Source: Octopus sinensis
Lineage: Eukaryota
NCBI RefSeq assembly: GCF_006345805.1
Contig: NC_043003.1
Coordinates: 94,922,001-94,986,000 of the forward strand
DNA: 64,000 nt
Direction: 5' to 3'
Shown here: in pieces, positions 50,946 to 64,000 of the stretch
Layout: each line of letters starts with the position of its first letter
Position numbering within the stretch: the stretch's first letter is position 1
Made by a program: the position numbers and the translations under genes
Notes under the pieces: model-generated
The model's input: only the letters and a program-made list of their open reading frames with translations
The model's database searches: none
Told to the model about the DNA's origin: nothing

Positions 50946-52868
50946 ATTTTATCAGCAGCTTCTACATTCTTTTGTAATGCTTAGGCATTACATTTTTCAA
51001 TTGAATGTCTTTTACTAGAATTAAACCCCCTATGACAGTGATGATAGAAGATAATGAGGAGACAGAGATGTTGTATTAACCCTAATGTATGACAGGTACT
51101 TACTTCATCAAGTTTATAGGTATAGATCTCAACTCTGAAAGCTAAACCCAAAATGTAAAGTGATAGGAAAATGTTAATCACAGTGGCAGCACACTCCTCT
51201 GAAGCCTGTCACTCTGCTGTTTTCTTTTCTTTCCATTTATTATTAATTAATTCCTATCCATTTCGCCATTGGGAAATTTCACTGTCCTACAAATTCAATT
51301 TCTCACTGTCACTGAGAAAAGATACAAAACACCCTTTAATCAAATATTCTCATTTGATTCATCAATCATGACAATTTCTGGACAACATTGGTTAAAACAT
51401 AATTTTTACCAGTTGCTTTAAGGCAATTTGGTAATTTTACCTCCCAGTGCCAACACGGAAAAAGGTTATTAGATGAGTCAACTCTGGAAAACATATAATT
51501 GGTAATAAGAATGACATTGGAGAAGTTGTATAAATGACTTGTCATATCTAACGGAATCATATTCAATTCAGGAATTCACTTTTAGGAAGACAAAGGCTCA
51601 GATGAATTTTAACAGTGGTAGCATTTTTTTTTACTTCTTCCAATTTTGTATAATGCTGATTTAGTGTGGGTGAGTTCTATAGCAAGAGAACTGAAATTAG
51701 TTCTCAATAGTTCAAAATGTCAATAAAGAGTAGATTTTGATTCTATAGAGGTTTTTCGATCGAGTACTCTAACTAGCAAAATTAAATAGCTTCATTAATT
51801 TTATTGAAAACAGCTCCCCACCCTTTTTGTTCTTAGCTATAGAAATGAGGTGCAAATAGCGGACTTTTCCTTTCCCTTGGACATGAGCAGCGTGGAGAGG
51901 GGAAGCTGGTATGCATAGGTGACTGCTGGTCTTCCATAACCAACCTTGCCTGGACTTGTGCCTCGGAGGATAACTCTCTAGGTGCAATCCAATGGACATT
52001 CATGACCGAAGGGGGTCTTTACCCTATTTTTTTTAATAGTAATAGGGAAGGAGTTACTTACTTCAAAAATGTATTCTCTTTCTTGAACGCATTCTTTCTG
52101 TTGCTGTTTCAAACTCATCAGCGTAATTAATCTTCATCATTGTTATTTCATCATCCACATTTCTCTGCTTGCATGGAGTGGGGGGAATGTCAAGTGGAAT
52201 TTGTTGTGACAGATTTTCTGCAGCCCTATATGCCCTTTCTGTTGGCAATCCTCTCTTGTCTCCAAGCTAGGTAATATTTCCTCATGACAAGAAATGTTTT
52301 CACAAAAGATTGGAAATGAATGACACTGCTTGTATGATGGTGAGACTTGCTTACAACTAGTATATAATACAAAAACTAGGAGATACAAAGATACACACAC
52401 ACACATATAAATCATCATCATAAAGTCATTCTTCATGCTGGCATGAACTGGATGGTTTGATAGGAGCTGACCAGCCAGTGAGTTGCCCAGGCTCCAATCT
52501 GTCTGTTTTGACATAGTTTCTATGGCTGGATGCCTTTACTAATGCCAACCACTTTGTAGAGAGTACTGGGCACTTTTCACATGGCACCAACACGTGTGTG
52601 TGTGCACCAATATACCATCAACATTATGAGTTAATATCTTCTTTTCCATGCTTGTACGTGTATGACAAGAGTCTGTTGGAGTAGAATTTTTTATGGTGAG
52701 ATGCCTTTCCTGTTGCCAGTTCCCCACTTGTTTCCAAGTGAGGTAATAATCCACCTGTTTATCAGACAAACAGCCTGGGTATGTTTACTTGGAGAACCAG
52801 AAACCAAATGACTATGTTAGTGAAACCATTGTTTACAAACCAGCAAGCAAACACACACACATTCTCAT

Positions 52869-52904
<36 letters not shown>

Positions 52905-55171
52905 TCACACATACATATATGCATATATGATGAGCTTGTTTCAGTTTCCATCTACCAAATCTATTGGCAAAGCTTTCATTAGGTCAAGACTATAGAAGAC
53001 ACTTGTCCAAGGTGCTGCACAGTGGAAAATATATGGTTGTGTGTGTGTATCCGGCTTGCGGGGGGTGGGGGGTGATTGCCTCCCCTTTGCAAATATAAGG
53101 ACACAGAAAATGTGTCAAAACCGACAGATGTCAATGTTTCCTAGGGCTAAATGGTGGTGGTGTAATTGCCTTATGGGGACTGTCACATTGAGTTGACAGC
53201 CTACGACCACTATATATATATATATATATATATATATTCTTTCTCATTTTTCATTTTTTTATGTTTCCAACATCCTCATAGTAACTCTTTCTGCTTGTTT
53301 CTCTCTCCTTCTCTCTCTCCCTCCTTCTCTCTCTCTCTCTCTCACCTGTACACAGCCTTGTCTAAACCAGATGATGTTTATTTTCACAAGCTGCTGCATG
53401 CTATCAATCACATGCTTTTGTCCTCCTGTCAGAGGTTAGCCCACTTCTAGTGGTTTATAGCTATTCTGATAGTCTACTCCATCTTGTCTTTTCTATTCTT
53501 AGAGACAATAAAATAAGCTGCAGTGAGCTATGTATAGATTGTCCTTGTGGATTCTTTCTTCAAGAAGAAACCTTATGTTTATAGATGATATTTTTGTTCA
53601 ATAATTTTAAAAATTAATCTATTTATAAGTTCTCTATTCATGGAATTTTGCATATATTCCATTTACTGCCCCTTATATATCATTTACTGCTTACATCAAG
53701 AAACTGCCAAATTAATCAAATGATGTAAACTTCAGAGAGAAAATATTTCTGGAAATAGCTGTGTGGGCAAGATAATGAATTAATTGGCTTTTAATTACTG
53801 TTTTGGCTGTTTGGGAAATCATCAGCCATTTCTACTTAGGTAGATTTAACTGATTAATAAAATTGATAAAATTAATCATTAACCCTTCTGTTACCATATT
53901 TCTATAGTATAATACACAACCTTTTACCAATTAAGTTTGAAAATAATGAAGCATTTTGTAAAATTCTTTCAAGGCCTAAAATTTTGTGGTGGCTGGTGGG
54001 GCTAGTCGATTATATCAACCCCAGTGCTCAACTGGTGCTTATTTCATCGACCCCAAAAGCACAAAAGGTAAAGTTGACTTTGGCAGAATTTGAAACTGTC
54101 GTTATTAAGCTGGTGTCAGGAAAAAGTATTTGTTCCATCTCTGTACATTCTAAGTTCAAATTTTGTTCGGGTCAACTTAGATTTTTATCCTTTTGGGGTC
54201 TGCTAAAGTAACATACCAAATATTTGGGCTGATGGTAATGATTAACCCCATCCTCTCACTATTGTTGGCATTGTTCCTGAATTTGAAACATTTATGAAAC
54301 TGGACAATACTGTTTGGTTCAGATGCTTATTTCATGACCACATGATTTTAGGTTCAGTCTTTGCATGTGGCAACTTGGACAAGTGTCTTTTGCTATTGCC
54401 CTGGGCCAACCAAAACTTTGTGAATGAATTTGGTCAACAGAAACTGAAAGAAGCCTGCTGTATATGAGTGTGTGGACAGATGGACTTGGCTTGTTATCAA
54501 GCAATAGTTCATTATCATTATCATCATCCATTGTCCATGCTGGCATGGGTTGTACAGTTTGACCAGGGCTGGTAAGTTGAGGTCTGATTGGCATGGTTTC
54601 CATGGTTGAATGCCATTCCTAATGCCAACCATGCTTTTACATGCCACCAACACAAGTGCCAGTTGCATGACACCAGTACTTGCCACGACTACGATTTTAC
54701 TTGGCTCGATGAGTCTTCTACTCAAGCCTGGTATATTGCTAGAAGTCTGTCATTTGTCATTGCCTCCACAAGGCCCAATGCTCAAAAGGTGCCTTTTACA
54801 TGTCACATTGCCTCCGTGAGGCCCAACACTTGTTATTTTCCATAGTATAGTTGTATTATATATAATGTACTGTTCTTTGATGGTAAGATCAACAAAAAAA
54901 AGTACTCCATCTGGTGAGAAATAAATATTATTTAATAGACACAATACATTTTTTTATGTGCTACTAATAGTTTCATATGTTGAGAAATAACTTAAGCATA
55001 TTCATTAGATACAAACCAGATATCATAATGAACTGAGAGAAGAAATGCAAAAACGTTGAGAAGGATGCATATAGAAAACATGGTAGGTTAAAAAACAGAA
55101 AATGAAACAGTAAAATAGGTAAAAGTGTTATCCTCCTTAGACCTTATAAGGCTGGAAAAGTATCAATAAGC

Positions 55172-55533
55172 TACTCTTTTCTTTCAGCCAGGACTGCAGC
55201 CATGCTGGAGCACTACTTGAAGGGTTTTGTTGAACAAATCTTCTTCAGAACTTATTTCTTTTTCAAGTCTGGTACTTATTCTATTGGTCTCTTTTTAGCT
55301 GAACCACTAAGCTATGGGAACATTAAGAAGCCAACATCAGTTATCAAGTGGTGGTGAAGGACAAACACACACACACACATAACAGGCTTCTTTCAGTTTC
55401 CATCTTCCAAATCCACTCAAAAGGCTTTGGTCCACCTGTGGCTCTAGTAGAAGGCATTTGGCGAAGTTGTCATTCAGTGGGACTGAATCTGAAACCATGT
55501 GGTTGGGAAGTAAACTTCTTGCCACACAGCCAT
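55172..55533 (-). mobile_element. SINE family A, diverged
   Basis: gactgcagccatgctggagcac ... cttcttgccacacagccat. Confidence 0.8.
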
Positions 55534-55578
55534 CCTTTATATGTTTATATTTTGTTTCTCACTACATATATGTGTGTG

Positions 55579-55629
<51 letters not shown>

Positions 55630-56458
55630 ACAAACAGGAAGGTTGATGTCTAAGTAGAGAGATAAACAGATAGAAAGTTTATTTATATGGTTCTGTATAT
55701 CTAACTCTTTGACTGTCTTGGAATTTGTCTGTCTATATTAAATTTCATATCTCAAAATTACAGTGTTGCCAAGATTTTAATTCTTCTGTTGCTAATTCTT
55801 CATTATCGCTAATGATTCATTTGAATGAGAATTTTCATCTGTGCTGAAGAAGAATTTCTGCTAAGACATTTCTTTTAGTAAATTGCCTACCTCTAAACCA
55901 TTTGTTTACAGACATCTTAGAAGAATCTCATGTGTGGCTGTGCGCACGTGATCTTAATTACAAAATCTCTCTCTCTTCCTCACACAAACACAACTTAAAT
56001 CCATTTCTATCAGATGACAGTTCCCAGGGCTAAATATTATTACAGAATGTGTACTTTAATTAATGCAGCGGAAATTAAACATTTAACAAAAAAATAAATT
56101 ATTTTCATTTGTATTTTATTTCTCAACACAAACTAAACAAAAAAAAAAAACGAAATATTGCTTACAACGAATAAAAAAACACTACATTTTACTAATAAAT
56201 CTGTATTATGCTCTAGGTGGTGTTTGCAGCTTTCCGTCTTCCAACATGTTCTTTAGAATTGAGTTAACCTTCACAACCAAGGCCATGCTGGAATACGACC
56301 TTAAAGGATACATAAGACCATCATCATCATCATAGCCTCCTCATCTCCACACTCACATGGATCTGACAGAATCTGTTGATCTAGAATTTCTACGGGCATA
56401 TATCCTTTCTGCTGCCAATCCTTGCTTGTTTCTCAGTAAGGTATTATTTCCCCATAAA

Positions 56459-56688
56459 GGCGGCGAGCTGGCAGAAACGTTAGCACGCCAGACAACATGC
56501 TTAGCGGCATTTCGTCTGCCACTACGTTGTGAGTTCAAATTCCGCCGAGGTCGACTTTGCCTTTCATCCTTTTGGGGTCAATTAAATAAGTACCAGTTAT
56601 GCACTAGGGTCGATATAATCGACTTAATCCATTTGTCTGTCCTTGTTTTTCCTCTCTGTGTTTAGCCCCTTGTGGGTAGTAAAGAAAT
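56459..56688 (+). mobile_element. SINE family B, full length, with 17-bp TSD
   Basis: aggtattatttccccat at 56439-56455 and 56689-56705. Confidence 0.92.
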
Positions 56689-57584
56689 AGGTATTATTTC
56701 CCCATGGCTGAACATATTTTTGAGGAAGATTGGAAATGAAAGACACTGCTTGTATGACGGTGATGCTGTGTTACTAGCTAAAAATAGCAACCAAATCTTT
56801 CTTAAAGGATACATTCAATAATGTAGTTGTAAGTACACTACTTCTGAATATAGGATGGGATAATTCATAGTGAGATACTTACGCCATAGGTCTGCTTAAT
56901 CAGGATTGACCTAGGGCTAAACCACGATCTATATACATATGGCTGCTCATATCAGTATGGTTGCTATTGGTATTTGCATCTGATGGTATCTAACATGAGA
57001 ATCTTCTAGCTAAATGCTCTGGATCCTGTCCATCTCTTGGATCAGAAGTGTAGTGGGTATGTTATTCATTTTAATCAACCCCTAACTCATTAATAGTTTC
57101 TGGAACCTTTGAGAAAGTTACTAAAGGATTTCAGCCATCATTAAAATCCTCATTACTATTTAACATCTGCTTTCTATTCTGGCATGAGATGGGTGGTTTA
57201 ACAGGAGCTGGTCAGCTGGAGGACTGTATCAAGTTCCACTGTCTATTTTGTCCAGTTTTCTAAAACTGGATGCACTTCCTAATACACATTATTTTACAGA
57301 GTGCCACAGGTGGTCTTTTAACATGATATCAGCACCAATGAAGTCACCAAGTAACTAGTAAGACAAGACCCCTTCAACTGTGCCATGTGATAATGGAGGG
57401 ACAGAAACAGTTGTTTTGGTATTTTAGGAGATACATGGCTACCCCATTTGGAAAAGATTTATAGAGAGAGAAACAATCTTGGTGAATGTGTTGCGAGGTA
57501 TTTTTAAATTACAAGGAGGTGAATATAAGTGATGTGGTACAGAGGATTGGACAAGGTCCAATTGTTCAAGAGCAATATTATCTA

Positions 57585-58146
57585 TTGGGTTGTCCGGAAA
57601 GTTTGTGCCGATTTTTAAAGGAAAGAAAAAGGTCAATAAATACTTGCCATTACATTTTAAATCAACCAAATATGAACTGTTTTGCTGCACAATGCGTCTC
57701 CATCTTTCCTTTAACTTGAAAATACCCTCTTCCCAGAATTGAGGTGGTTTCATGCAAAGAATTTATCAAGGTATCTTTTTATGTCATCCAAGGAATTGAA
57801 ATTTTTACCATTAAGACTATTCTGCAGAGACCTGAATAAGTGGAATCCAAAGGAGCAAATATCTGGTGAATATGGAGGGTGGGGTAACACATCCAAGCCA
57901 AGCTGCAGCAATTTTTGTCTGGTTCCCAAAGCATGAAGTGCCGAAAATGAACTTTCTTATCTTCCATTTTAAAGAGTTACAGAATTAACACGGGTTATAG
58001 GAACATAAACCTTCCACGAAAAGATAGCTTAAACTGTGCTCTAAATGGAGGTGTAGTCAAATCCTATTTTCTGGACTCAACCATGTTCTAAAACAAGTTG
58101 AAAGGTAAGCTACTATAAATCGGCATGAACTTTCCGAACAGCCCAA
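57585..58146 (-). mobile_element. Internally deleted mariner (DD34D-type) transposon, 562 bp
   Basis: ~30-bp TIRs ttgggttgtccggaaagtttgtgccgattt / aaatcggcatgaactttccgaacagcccaa; TA TSD; MEDKKVHFRHFML joined to PHPPYSPDI....FHLFRSLQN and FWEEGIFKLKERW. Confidence 0.92.
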
Positions 58147-58645
58147 TAGATTAAATCTTAACCAGTCTTGATGGGCCTCTAAAGCCCAACGCAAAAACCA
58201 AATTATTGATGTCATTTCTGACGTTTTTTTTTTGTTTTCTCTTCTTTTATTCAAAGTTAGATTATCTTTAATGATTACATGTAATTTTACCACCATCAAT
58301 TCAACATGAAAGAAGTTCACTATGAGGAAAGTTTACTGAGTTGATATATCCATAGTAACTCATCATTAATAGTTAAAAACTATTTTATTGAGGAAAAAAA
58401 CCCCAGTGAATTGATGATGGTGAACTTACTGTCAGTTAAAAATCAGTCATGAGTGTGTAATCTGCTTGTTGAGTGTTTGAATTTGATCATAAACCTGTTT
58501 ACAATTAGTGTTTCTTGATTGCTATAAAATTTTCATTTCTTTCTTTGCTTTAGTTGCGATAATTTTCGTACATTTTTTAGCAGTTTAGAAACACGTAGAG
58601 TGGAAAACACTAAATAAAGGAGACCTACTTGCTCATAAAACTTCT

Positions 58646-58878
58646 TATTTCTTTACTGCCCACAAGGGGGCTACACACAGAGGAGACACACGAGGACAGA
58701 CAAATGGATTAAGTCAATTATATTGACCCTAGTGCGTAACTGGTACTTATTTAATCGACCCCCGAAAGGATGAAAGGCAAAGTCAACCTCGGCGGAATTT
58801 GAACTCAGAACATAGTGGCAGACGAAATACCGCTAAGCATTTTGCCTGGCGTGCTAACGTTTCTGCCAGCTCGCCGCC
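58646..58878 (-). mobile_element. SINE family B, full length
   Basis: Reverse complement of the 56459 copy; taaaactt flanking repeats. Confidence 0.9.
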
Positions 58879-59161
58879 ACTAAAACTTTTTAACACTTGA
58901 TAACCAGCATTGGTGTGTTTCTGTCCCAGTCATTAGTACTAGGATCAATTTGTTTGACTAAAATTCTTCATATCAGTACTCTAGTATGGCCACAGTGACT
59001 GAAACAAATTGAAAAACAAAAACAAAAAGAAAAGCAAATTTTTCTTGGAGGAAGTAAAATATAAGCAAAGATTGCAAAGCTGACTGTCCAAGACTATGTT
59101 TCATTCAGATCATAGCAAATCTAGTTACCGTTATTGGAGATGGCTATTCAGTTGAGTTTAA

Positions 59162-59382
59162 CCCTTTAGCATTTAAACTGGCCATATCTGGCCAAAGCAT
59201 TCCCCCTATTTTGTGTTGAAACTAACTAGATCTGGCCTCTCACAACTACCCTACAATGTCATTCTAAGAGCAAAACAATCACATGATCGAAATCTTGAAA
59301 CTACGAGATAATGCATGATTCATTCAAAATAATGTGAATGAATAAGCATTACTTTTGGCAGAGTAATCTAAATGCTAACAGG
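59162..59382 (+). mobile_element. piggyBac-like MITE (family P1), ~220 bp
   Basis: TTAA|ccctttagcattta ... taaatgctaacagg|TTAA. Confidence 0.8.
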
Positions 59383-59986
59383 TTAAATCCAATCATGACC
59401 AGCTGCCCTTTTCATCTATCTTAGATGCAAAGAGAGAGAGAGACACACACATGATAGTTTCATCTACTATATCTGCTCACAAGGCTTTGCTTGGCCTAAG
59501 GCTACAGAAGACACTTGCCTAAGGGGCTACCCTGTGAGACTGAACTCGGAATCATGTGGTTGGGAAGCAAGCTTCTTTCTACACCCTTAATGTAATTCTC
59601 AGGCAGAATCATTATGACATTGTGTGCGACAAAGCTGTACCTTACAAATTACAGATACAACCCACCCTTACAGGTTCTGTCTGCCCAATTTCATTTCCAT
59701 CAGCATCTTCATTATCACATTATCATTTCAGCCCACAATTCTTAAACTATTTTGTTCTCAATCCTTTAATCTTCAATAAGATTACTTCCCTATAGAATTT
59801 GTATCTTCATCCATCCAAGCCTCTTTTTTTTTTTTTTTTTTTTTTTTGTCAGATACCAGCCCCAACATGTTTACTCACTAGCTGCATTAATCTCACTTGT
59901 CTGAAGTCTTGCACACTTTCTAGGCACTTCACCCCCCCTCTCCAACAAACACACCCACACACATTCTCTTTTGCTTACTAACCCAT

Positions 59987-60400
59987 AAAACAGTTACTGA
60001 AGTGAAATGATTTGCTCTGACAGAAACTGAACCAAATGTCAGATGCTTCAGCTACTGAGCTTTCAGTGACCCCTCAAACAGTCTACTGAATTAACTGGGC
60101 TTTTTATCAAAAGAACATATTAATGTCGTTGTACTCTATATGAAAAGACATCAGCCTTAATTAAGCTCATTGTTATGGTCTCTGACTAACTGATAAAACA
60201 GTGAACCAAGTAAAATGATTAGCTCAGACAAAAATTGAACCAAATGTCAGATGTTTCAGCTACTGAGTGTTCAGTGACCCCTTGCACAGTCTACTGATTG
60301 AACTGGGCCTTTTATGAAAAGAGCATATTTATGTTCAACCCAGTCAAAAAGACATCAGCCTTAATTAAATTCATTATTTTATTTATTTGTCTGAGCTAAG
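59987..60400 (+). repeat. Diverged tandem duplication, ~207-bp period
   Basis: aaccaaatgtcagatg.ttcagctactgag..ttcagtgacccc...aaaagacatcagccttaattaa occurs twice. Confidence 0.85.
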
Positions 60401-61176
60401 GTAACTCCATGTTAACTGAAGATCGTCTTTGCTCTTTTATTTTTTAGTCTATCACAGCATTGCACCAAAATCATAGCACATCTGGTTCCTTTCACCTTGT
60501 TATTAATGCTTGAAATGTTAGACTTATTTATTGAAAGAAATAATAAATAAATTGGAAAGTAAACGAAATTAGTTTTAAAATGTTTCACTTTTCACTATTT
60601 CTCTATTTCTGTCTTACTGTGAGCTTTGCTCGTCTAATAATAATGTCATCACATTTGTGTAAAAAAAAATTTGCAAGGGAAGAAAATATTTATTCTTTTC
60701 ATTTATTTATTTATTTTGTAGAGTTGGCGTTAGTTTTGAAAGTATCTGTAAAATGTGATGTTTTTATTTGAATCTTTCATTGGACAAATTACTTGACTTT
60801 TTGTGGGGGGTTTTTTGCCACTACAGCCCATCCCGTGCGTGTATCTTTGTATATGGGTACTGGTGTTGGTTTCTTTACAGCACTGTAACTTATTATTTCT
60901 GCAAAAGATTACTGATAGAATAAGTCCAAGACTTAAAATCAAAATACTGAAGTCGACTTGTTTGACTTAACCTTTGATGGTGATGCCACAATATGGCTGC
61001 TGTCCAATGACTGAAACAAGTGTATAACAAGGAAAAAGAAGAGTGAAGATAATTTGGATTGATGACTTTTGGTAGCATTATATATTTGACTGATTTATTA
61101 GTAATCACTCTTAATTATCATGTCAATCTCTCCTTAGATTTCTTTCTCCATATATATATATATATATATATATATA

Positions 61177-61341
61177 GGTGCAGGTGTGGCTGTGTGGTAA
61201 GAAGCTTGCTTCCCAACCACATGGTTCCAGGTTCAGTCCCACTGTGTGGCACCTTGAGCAAGTGCCTTCTACTATAGCCTTGGGCTGACCAAAGCCTTAT
61301 GAGTGGATTTGGTAGACGGAAACAGAAAGAAGCCTGCCGTA

Positions 61342-61374
<33 letters not shown>

Positions 61375-61487
61375 GTGCGTGTGTGTGTCTGTGTTTGTTC
61401 CCCCAGCATTGCTTGACAACCGATATTGGTGTGTTTATGTCTCCATAAGGTAGCAGTTTGGCAAAAGAGACCAATAGAATAAGTACC
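61177..61487 (+). mobile_element. SINE family A, 3'-incomplete
   Basis: aggtgcaggtgtggctgtgtggtaag ... ccaatagaataagtacc. Confidence 0.88.
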
Positions 61488-61674
61488 ATACTAAAGTCCA
61501 TTTCTACATGAAAATGTCAATTTCTACTGATCACTAACTTATAAGTGCATGTTTCGCATTGAGTTTTTTACAGATGAAACATTGGCCCTGTTGGAGTCAT
61601 TTCCATACCTAATCATTATATTTTGTAGTAGGGACTCTGAACGAGAGGGGAAGATGCAAAACAACCACCAAAAA

Positions 61675-62060
61675 TGGCTGTGCAAAAGTTTTTGGCCACC
61701 TCACATAAACCAATCAAGAAATAGTATTTTAAAACAGAAAAATATCTATAATGAAAATTTATTACATAATGTTCATTTCAAGATGTTACTGTACATTGTT
61801 AATATTTCATGTGGCTTCCCTTAGCTTGAATAATTGCTTCAATGCCCCTGGGAAGAAATGCATACAAATCCTTCACCATCTTTACAAGTATTAGATGCCA
61901 TTCTCTGTGGCTGAGCTCCCACAACTCATCAAGATTGCATGGCTTCTTCAGACAAACACTTCTTTTTAGTTCTGTCCACATTTGCTCGATGATACTTAAG
62001 TCAAGGCTCTGAGCTGGCCAATCTTTCAATATGGTGATGCCTTCATCAGCCAGGCTTTGT
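61675..62060 (-). mobile_element. Tc1-like (DD34E) transposon 3' fragment
   Basis: ORF 61799-62029 DWPAQSLDLSIIEQMW.ELK...NL.EL......W.......L..S/F.P.....I.AKG...KY; TIR-like tgtgcaaaagtttttggccacc at ~61679. Confidence 0.85.
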
Positions 62061-62225
62061 TGTGTTGCTTATGATCTGTGTCCTTCAGCAACTGAATGTA
62101 TTTGGCTCTATTCAAGTTACAGTCAAATTTCTTGTCTCCCCAAAGCATCAGTCTTACCACCAAACTTCACTGTTTATGTTGTGTAACGTTCCGCTTTCCT
62201 GGAGACCTTCTGGTAAATTCTTGCT

Positions 62226-62265
<40 letters not shown>

Positions 62266-62269
<4 letters not shown>

Positions 62270-62604
62270 CAATGAGGATTCCAGTTGATCTGGATAGTGG
62301 AACAGCCTGCTCATGAAATTAACGTGCAAGTGACTGAGCACTCCACAGACACGTGTACCCTTAACATAGGTCTTGGGGAGATGCAGTGTGACGAGGCTGG
62401 TCCTTTGAAATAGAGGTTCAACTGGAAACAGGAAGAAAGAGTGAGAGAAAGTTATGGTGAAAGAGTACAGCAGGGTTCGCAAATCAGAGCCTTGTGGAGC
62501 TTTAGGTGTTTATGCTCAATAAACACAACGCCCAGTCTAGGAATCGAAACCATGATCCTACGATTGTAAGTCTACCGCCTTAACCACTGGGCTATTGCGC
62601 CTCC
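62266..62604 (-). mobile_element. tRNA-derived SINE (family D)
   Basis: - strand head ggaggcgcaatagcccagtggttaagg...ggtttcgattcc; distinct body from families A and B. Confidence 0.8.
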
Positions 62605-62660
62605 ACACACACACACATGCATGCACACACATACACACACACACATACATATATACATAT

Positions 62661-63867
62661 AAGAATAAGGAGAAAATGGAGAGGTTAATTAATAAAATAT
62701 TATTTATTAATTATAAAATATGAAAACATCTCTGACAGCAGTTTCGATTCAGTAATCTTTAGATAATTAATTTATAAAATTAAAATCATTACGAGATGAA
62801 TCTCTTCAGAGGTAGTAAAGATATACCAATTAGAAATACTTGTTGAGATAACAGCTATAAACCGTTAATTGATAGCATATATACAAAAAGAGCCAGTTAT
62901 AGAAGGCTTCAATCCAACATAGAAGGGGAAGGTAGTGTATATTCTATGTCTTAGTATCAGAAAGGGATAGATAATTTCTAAATATAATAATAACTTATTG
63001 TTTATGATAATAAATAAAATTTAATATAAATAAATAAATAGAAAGTCTAGAATAAGATGGAAAGAGAAAATATCAAAATCATTAACTTCTTTATGTATCC
63101 TTGATTGTTTTTAGTTTTATTTATTTTATATTTAATTAGTATTAGAATGTGTCAAATTAATAGCATATTGAGCTGATTGCTAATTCACTGCTTAAATACA
63201 CAACTATATTATCATTGCCTCTGATTACATTTTCAGATATGCCCCTGTTTAAAGTTGTCCTGGCTTTGCTGTCTTTATGTATATTTTCCCCTACATCCCT
63301 GCTATACATGAAGGCATTTTGTGTAATTCAATGTAATTTATTTTTTATTTTATTTTATTTTTAATTTATTTATATATAAGTATTTCCTCTTACATAATGA
63401 TTATTTTCCTAATAATTCTTTTGTCCCCTTAAGCAAGTTTCATAGCATATTATCTTATGGTTTCTCTAAGGGAATGCTGTATGCCTGAAATTTAAAAATT
63501 TTTTCCCTATCCAATAGTTTATTATCATTGTTTTTTACCTCAAAGGCTTGAAATAAATTTTCTTAAGGGATGTAAGGATATATAATGTATTTTGATATTT
63601 TCTCTTTCCATCTTATTCTAAACTTTCTATTTATTTATTTACATTAAATTTTATTTCATTATTATATTATGATATATAATTATTTCATTATTATATAATA
63701 ATAATAATAATAATAATAAAATAAGTTATTATTATTATTATATTTAGAAATTATTTATCCCTTTCTGATAACTTAGGTTAATATTTATTTGCCACGATTT
63801 GCATCTACTTGATTTAAATTTTTTGTATTTCAGTATTATAGATAAGTATGATATTATATGGCATTAT

Positions 63868-63868
<1 letters not shown>
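62661..63868. mobile_element. AT-rich Penelope-type fold-back element between microsatellites
   Basis: Diverged inverted arms ~62955-63102 / ~63573-63770; hammerhead-like motif on the - strand at 62728-62814. Confidence 0.55.
62728..62814 (-). ncRNA. Hammerhead-like motif with long AT-rich stem II
   Basis: CTGAAGA gattca...tgaatc GAAAC tgct GTC ag; stem I is weak. Confidence 0.5.
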
Positions 63869-63925
<57 letters not shown>

Positions 63926-64000
63926 CATACATGCTTTTTCTTTTTTCTCCTTTTCAGTACCCTATGATATTATATTAATCTCTTTTCTTTCTTTAAGACA

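Overview
AT-rich, microsatellite- and SINE-dense eukaryotic DNA. The repeat landscape looks like an octopus/cephalopod genome; this is inferred from recalled repeat families, not from a database search. Only one protein-coding host exon is recognisable: a 94-nt + strand exon (40006-40099) encoding [31 protein letters not shown], homologous to the N-terminus of TP53I11/PIG11, so much of the window is probably intronic. The rest is transposon-derived: several tRNA-SINE families, piggyBac-, hAT- and Tc1/mariner-type elements, two non-autonomous Helitrons, and fragments of HERO- and CRE-like retrotransposons. The most notable signal is a series of fold-back elements, often next to (TA)n, that carry minimal type I hammerhead ribozyme (HHR) motifs typical of Penelope-like elements (PLEs). 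They include a PLE with a GIY-YIG C-terminus and a 217-bp inverted repeat, a tRNA-headed SINE ending in a hammerhead module, and an element with hammerhead topology but a non-canonical core. Repeat boundaries were read by eye and are approximate unless termini or target-site duplications (TSDs) are quoted.
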